DNA from: the human T2T-CHM13v2.0 reference genome, Homo sapiens
Assembly: GCF_009914755.1 (NCBI RefSeq)
Contig: NC_060947.1
Strand: one strand, 5' to 3'
DNA: 64,000 nt
The position numbers were made by a program, and so were the translations under genes. How positions within the stretch are numbered: the stretch's first letter is position 1; every line of letters begins with the position of its first letter. Shown here piece after piece: positions 58,650 through 64,000 of this stretch. The notes beneath the pieces were generated by a model that saw only the letters and a program-made list of their open reading frames with translations, was not told the DNA's origin and ran no database searches.

Positions 58650-58960
58650 GGCTGGGTACGGTGGCTCATGCCTGTAATCCCAGCATTTTAGAAGGCCAAG
58701 GCAGGTGGATCACTTGAGGTCAGGTGTTTGAGACCAGCCTGGCCAACACAGTGAAACCCCATCTCTAATAAAAATACAAAAACAAACAAACAAACAAAAA
58801 ACCTAGCCGAGAGTGGTGATATGTACCTGTAATCCCAGCTACTCGGGACGATGAGGCAGGAGAATCGCTTGAACCCAGGAGGCGGAGGTTGCAGTGAGCA
58901 CCACTATACTTCAACCTGGGTGACAGAGTGAGACTCAGTCTGAAAACAAAACAAAAAAAT
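58650..58960 (+). mobile_element. AluS in L1PB; TSD AATGAAATA
   Basis: Dimeric Alu with (CAAA)n in linker and tail. Confidence 0.93.
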
Positions 58961-59809
58961 GAATGAAATAATGTCTTTTGCAGCAACTTGGACAGAGCTG
59001 GAGGCCATTATTCTAAATAAGGTAACTCAGTAATGTTCTCATAAGTGGGAGCTAAGCTATGAGGACAGAAAGAGAGGTATAATGGACAGTTGTTGGGACT
59101 GGGCAGGGGGATGGGGTGGGAGATGAAGGATGAAGGACTACATATTGCATACAGTGTACACTGCTCGGATGACAAGTGCGCTAAAATCACAGAATTCAAC
59201 ACTATATAATTCATTCATGTAACTAAAAACCGCTTGTACCCCGAAAGTGACTGAAACAAAAAATACAATAAAATAAATGAGAAAAAACAAAATCCACAGT
59301 GAAGATCTATGAAGAATTTAATGCAGACAACAGCAGCATCAAAAATTGATAAAGTAAGAACTACACAAAATAGGAGAAATATACAGAAACATAATAATAT
59401 TAGACTTTAACTCACAGTACTTGGCAAATTTAAATAGTCAAAAAATAAGGAAGTGCAGATCTAAGTAACAATAAATTGAATACATTTAAATAGGTTTAAA
59501 ACAAGCTTTCTACGTTGAAAATTGAGGATATACTTTTTAACATCCATAGAATATGAGCAAGAATAGGGTTAATGCGCCGCAAATAAAATATCAAAAATTG
59601 CAAAAAGTACAAGTAGCACAGACAACATTGTCTAACCGATATGTAATGAAGCTAGAACTACATAAAATAGAAGACAGAAAACCTCAGTCGTCTGGATATG
59701 AAATAAACCCTTCTTAAAACATTTGTATGCAAAGAGAAATATAATGCAAAAAAATCTACAAAGTATCAGAGAAAAATGTATGGCATTGAATGAGAAAACT
59801 TACATATGA

Positions 59810-60158
<349 letters not shown>

Positions 60159-60572
60159 TTTATCAGCTTTTTTGTGGTGACAAAATAACCTGGAATCTTC
60201 TTTGTATCAAGAATTATCTGCGGTTTCAGGCTGTGCCCTATGTAGGATGTCATGTGTCTTCTCATTCCAGGTCATAGTTAAGGATGGAAACCCTACATGG
60301 AATATATCCATTTATTTGGCAGAGAAGTCGGAGAAGCTGTTGAAATCATGATTTCTCTAAAATCTTCTGTTAGATGTGCCACGTATCATCTCTTCTTACA
60401 TTTCATTAGCCAAAAAAAAAAAAAAAAATGTCATTTTATCAATCTTGAAGGAGGCAATGAGGTGGGAACAAGTACTCTCTCATTGGAGGTTGCAAACACT
60501 ACAGATGGAGATATAAAATCTTCTTGGCATGGAAGGCATGAGGGACTGAATACTTTTAGAAACATAGTTTTT

Positions 60573-61019
60573 TTTTATGATATTGTACTCTGCAATGATT
60601 TATTTTATTAATATTATACTTTAAGTTTTAGGGTACATGTGCACAATGTGCAGGTTAGTTACATATGTATACATGTGCCATGCTGGTGTGTTGCACCCAT
60701 TAACTCGTCATTTAGCATTAGGTATATCTCCTAATGCTATCCCTCCCCTCCCCCCCACCCCAGAACAGTCCCCAGAGTGTGATGTTCCCTTTTCTGTGTT
60801 CATGTGTTCTCATTGTTCAATGCCCACCTATGAGTGAGAACATGCGGTGTTTGGTTTTTTGTCCTTGCGATAGTTTACTGAGAATGATGATTTCCAATTT
60901 CATCCATGTCCCTACAAAGGACATGAACTCATATTTTTTATGGCTGCATAGTATTCCATGGTGTATATGTGCCACATTTTCTTAATCCAGTCTATCGTTG
61001 TTGGACATTTGGGTTGGTT
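60573..61019 (-). mobile_element. Young L1PA (L1PA3-like) 3' fragment with a short putative 3' transduction; TSD TAGTTTTT
   Basis: 'attatactttaagttttagggtacatgtgcacaatgtgcaggttagttacatatg...atttagcattaggtatatctcc'; TSD 60565-60572 and 61019-61026. Confidence 0.92.
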
Positions 61020-61029
61020 AGTTTTTCTG

Positions 61030-63500
61030 TTTATTCTATGGTTCTCAGTATATATGCATTTTCTAATTTCTCACAAATAATCTTTGGTAATTTATATATA
61101 TTCTGGAAAGTCACCCATTTTATCTAAAATATAAAGGCATCCCCAGTCTCACAACTTTAAATCTCTTTTGAATATGTAGGTACATCCTCTTTCTCATCCT
61201 AATGTTTTATATTTACATGTGTTTACTTCTTTCCTTGACCAGAATTGCTAGCTTTTGTTTTTTCTAATTGTACTAGTCTATCCTGAAAACTACTTTTAAA
61301 GTTTTATTTACCAATTCTATGAATTTATTTCTAACACATAAATTTGTGCTTTTATACTTATTCATTCCTTTTCCAATTTTATTTTGCTTGATGTTGCTTT
61401 CTGTAACATTTTAATTAAATTCTTATTTATTTCAATCTTTATCATTTAATATTAAAATAACTTGTAACCAATAATTTCCTAAAAATATAGCTTTACCCAC
61501 ATCTCATAGTTTTCTAATTGCTTTCAATTTCAAATTGTTTGCTTTAATTTTTCTTTGACCCTAAAGTTATATAATTGTGTTTTTATTTTAATGTACTTAA
61601 TTTTTAGTTTCAAGTTTTTTGTTTCATATTGTTAATGTCTTGTTAATTTTATAATGGTCAAAATCTGTGGCCTATACATATTTATTATTTATATGTTACT
61701 ATGTTAATACTATGCTATTACAAATAAATATATATTATTTAATTTATTTATGCTTTTTGAGAGTGTGACCCAATACACTATAAGTTTTTGTGACCATTTG
61801 ATAGGCAGAAAAATAAAAGAATGAGTGCCCTGCTTATAGATATCTTTGTTTAAATCTGTAAAATATACGTATTTAATGTACCCTAAAACATAGACTACCC
61901 AGTATGTTCTAATTAAAGAATTCCATTTTTTCCAAATTTCTGAGGAACACACATATTCTAAAAATACATTTTAAAATGTAGAAATTTGACAGACCATATT
62001 CTCAGAACACTATATAATAAAAAAAAGCAGACACAAATTAAAATACCTTTTTTATATTTAAGGATCTTAATTATATTATTGCAATTGTGTGCATTTTCAT
62101 TTTTCATCTAGTTCTAGCTCAATTCTGAGAAGTTCCCTGGTATAAATTTGTCATTGTCAAAAAACCTTATTTCTAAAAGTTTTTGGTTTCCATTCTTCAA
62201 TAAAATATTGTTTGATGTGTAGACATCTATAACTGTTACATTATCTTGAGTTAGAGCATCTATTGTTGTGATAAAATGTCCCTCTTAATTCCATATGACA
62301 TTTTTGGCCTTAAAAGCTCCTTTTTTCTTAAATTTCCATAGGTGACTTCTTATTAGCATTAAAAGCTACTTTTTTTCTAAATTTTCATCTAGCTGTCTTC
62401 TTATCAGCATTTGCTTGTTATACTTTTTGCATCATTTCACTTTTAAATTGTAGTTATCTTTTTTCAAATAGTCTCATTTTCGCTTTTTTACCCATTCACA
62501 GAATTTTTGGTTACTTTAGTTATTTAAAAGACATTCACATGCATTATCCAAAGTTGAAGTTTTGTTCTATTGTTATATTTTGAGTCTATATTTATTTTCT
62601 AAGTTACATATTTTCTAGAAAGACATCTATTTTATTGATATTTTCAAATTTCTTAGCATAATATATTTTAAGTAGTATTATTTTATATATTTATAATGTT
62701 ACCTCTGTCCATGATTATATTTTCCTTTACATCCAGTATAGCATGGCTATTTTTACTTCATGTGACTTGCCATAGTTTTTTCTATTTTATTAATATTTGA
62801 AAATTTAGCTTTTGCATTAATCAAGTATATTGGGGTATTTTTTGCTTCATATTGGTTTTTAATCCATATTTGTTGATGCTTTATATTTTTCTTAGGTTAA
62901 TTGTGCTGTTATTGATTTGAATGCATAATGCATTTACTCTATTGTCACAAAAATTCTTATTGATTTTCCTTGATTGAAAGACTAAATTTTATGTTTTAAT
63001 ATGTACCCTACAAAATATCAGGTCTATGCCAATTTACTTACTTTCTCAAGTCTCAGTTTCTTCATCAGTAAAATGCATATCTTCCTTGAAGTCATTATTG
63101 CATAAATCATCTGTATTTATTTTCATTTTATTTTAACATCATAATTCCTTAGGAGAAGCTCTTTTAAGTTGTTTTGCTGTTTTTATTAACACACCTCTTT
63201 ATCTGCTAACAATGAGATTCTTAGATATGTATTGTCATTTGAACAGGGCACCCAATCTCCAAGTTTAAAAATAACATCTGAATTGAATCACTATTATTGA
63301 CTAAAGATTATTATGTCACTCTGAATTGAGGATGAGGATAGAAAAAAATGAAGTTTGAATTACTGGTTTCGATGCTGATAGGTTATCCTCTTTATTTTTA
63401 TAATTTAATAGGTTTTCTAGGCTATGCCTACATGTGGGTTTCTTTTTATGGCTCTTGCATGGAATGTAATTAGAATGTTCTTTTAAAAGCAATATTTTCC
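61030..63500 (-). mobile_element. Highly decayed L1M fragments (antisense)
   Basis: T-rich DNA with antisense L1 motifs 'agctttacccacatctcatagtttt' and 'ataaaatgtccctctt'. Confidence 0.5.
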
Positions 63501-63890
63501 TTGCAGTTAACATAAAATATGAACAGAACCTAGGTTAAATTTTAGACAGATAAACTACCCTAATAACAATTTTAAAAAGCAGAAATATGCTAAATTGGTA
63601 CTAATATAATGTTTACCAGAATTTAAGATTCTTTTCTTTCTCTTTTTTCGTAGACAGTGATATTTTTGCAGATGGAATTATTTTAAATTCACCTCATAGG
63701 AGTATGCTTTTGATTCTCCACACTCTATCAATATCACTAATAATATTCTAATTTGTATTTTTCTGACTTAAACTAATCTTGTTACCAACAGTTTTTCTGT
63801 CTCCTTCCTTTTGTTCCCATTAAACATAGGTCATGCTGCTACTAGATTCAAGTTCCTAAAACACAACTCTCATTACATCACTCATTTGCT

Positions 63891-63892
<2 letters not shown>

Positions 63893-63927
<35 letters not shown>

Positions 63928-63947
63928 CTCTCTCTCTCTCTCTCTCT
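63893..63947 (+). repeat. Compound microsatellite (AC)n(TC)n within an L2 relic
   Basis: Directly visible. Confidence 0.97.
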
Positions 63948-64000
63948 CACATTACTGCCTCCTAGCTTCCCATTACCTACCAATTTTGGTAAAAGTTTCT

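Larger units (their letters stand above)
53894..59280 (+). mobile_element. L1PB (L1PB3/4-like) from late ORF1 through ORF2 and 3'UTR, with nested LTR and Alu
   Basis: Resumes at 'ttacaagatagaagagattggggccct' (ORF1); endonuclease peptide ITILSLYAPNTEALRLIKQLL; L1PB 3'UTR. Confidence 0.92.

Overview
AT-rich, repeat-dense primate (hominoid-like) genomic DNA with no intact protein-coding gene. Almost all ORFs in the supplied track come from L1, Alu, LTR/ERV or pseudogene sequence. Main content: (1) a full-length processed pseudogene of AP2B1 (minus strand, 36064-39391) with 5'UTR, disabled CDS, short 3'UTR, A-tail and a 10-bp TSD; (2) two near-full-length old L1PB elements with nested younger insertions, including a twin-primed L1PA; (3) a rearranged block at 49.4-53.9 kb (MLT1 | L1MA end | truncated LTR12 | L1PB 5'UTR | Harlequin-like pol end, env and LTR2) with two apparent deletion junctions; (4) eleven Alus, one FLAM, and MLT1, MIR, L2, MER20 and Charlie relics. 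The most interesting observation is a chain of mostly phase-compatible, stop-riddled exon remnants on the minus strand in the non-repeat DNA between about 15.7 and 42 kb. They look like a decayed multi-exon gene (candidate unitary pseudogene), and the AP2B1 retrocopy appears to sit inside one of its exons. This model was built by eye and needs a homology search. Repeat subfamily names are from memory of consensus sequences, and old-repeat boundaries are approximate.
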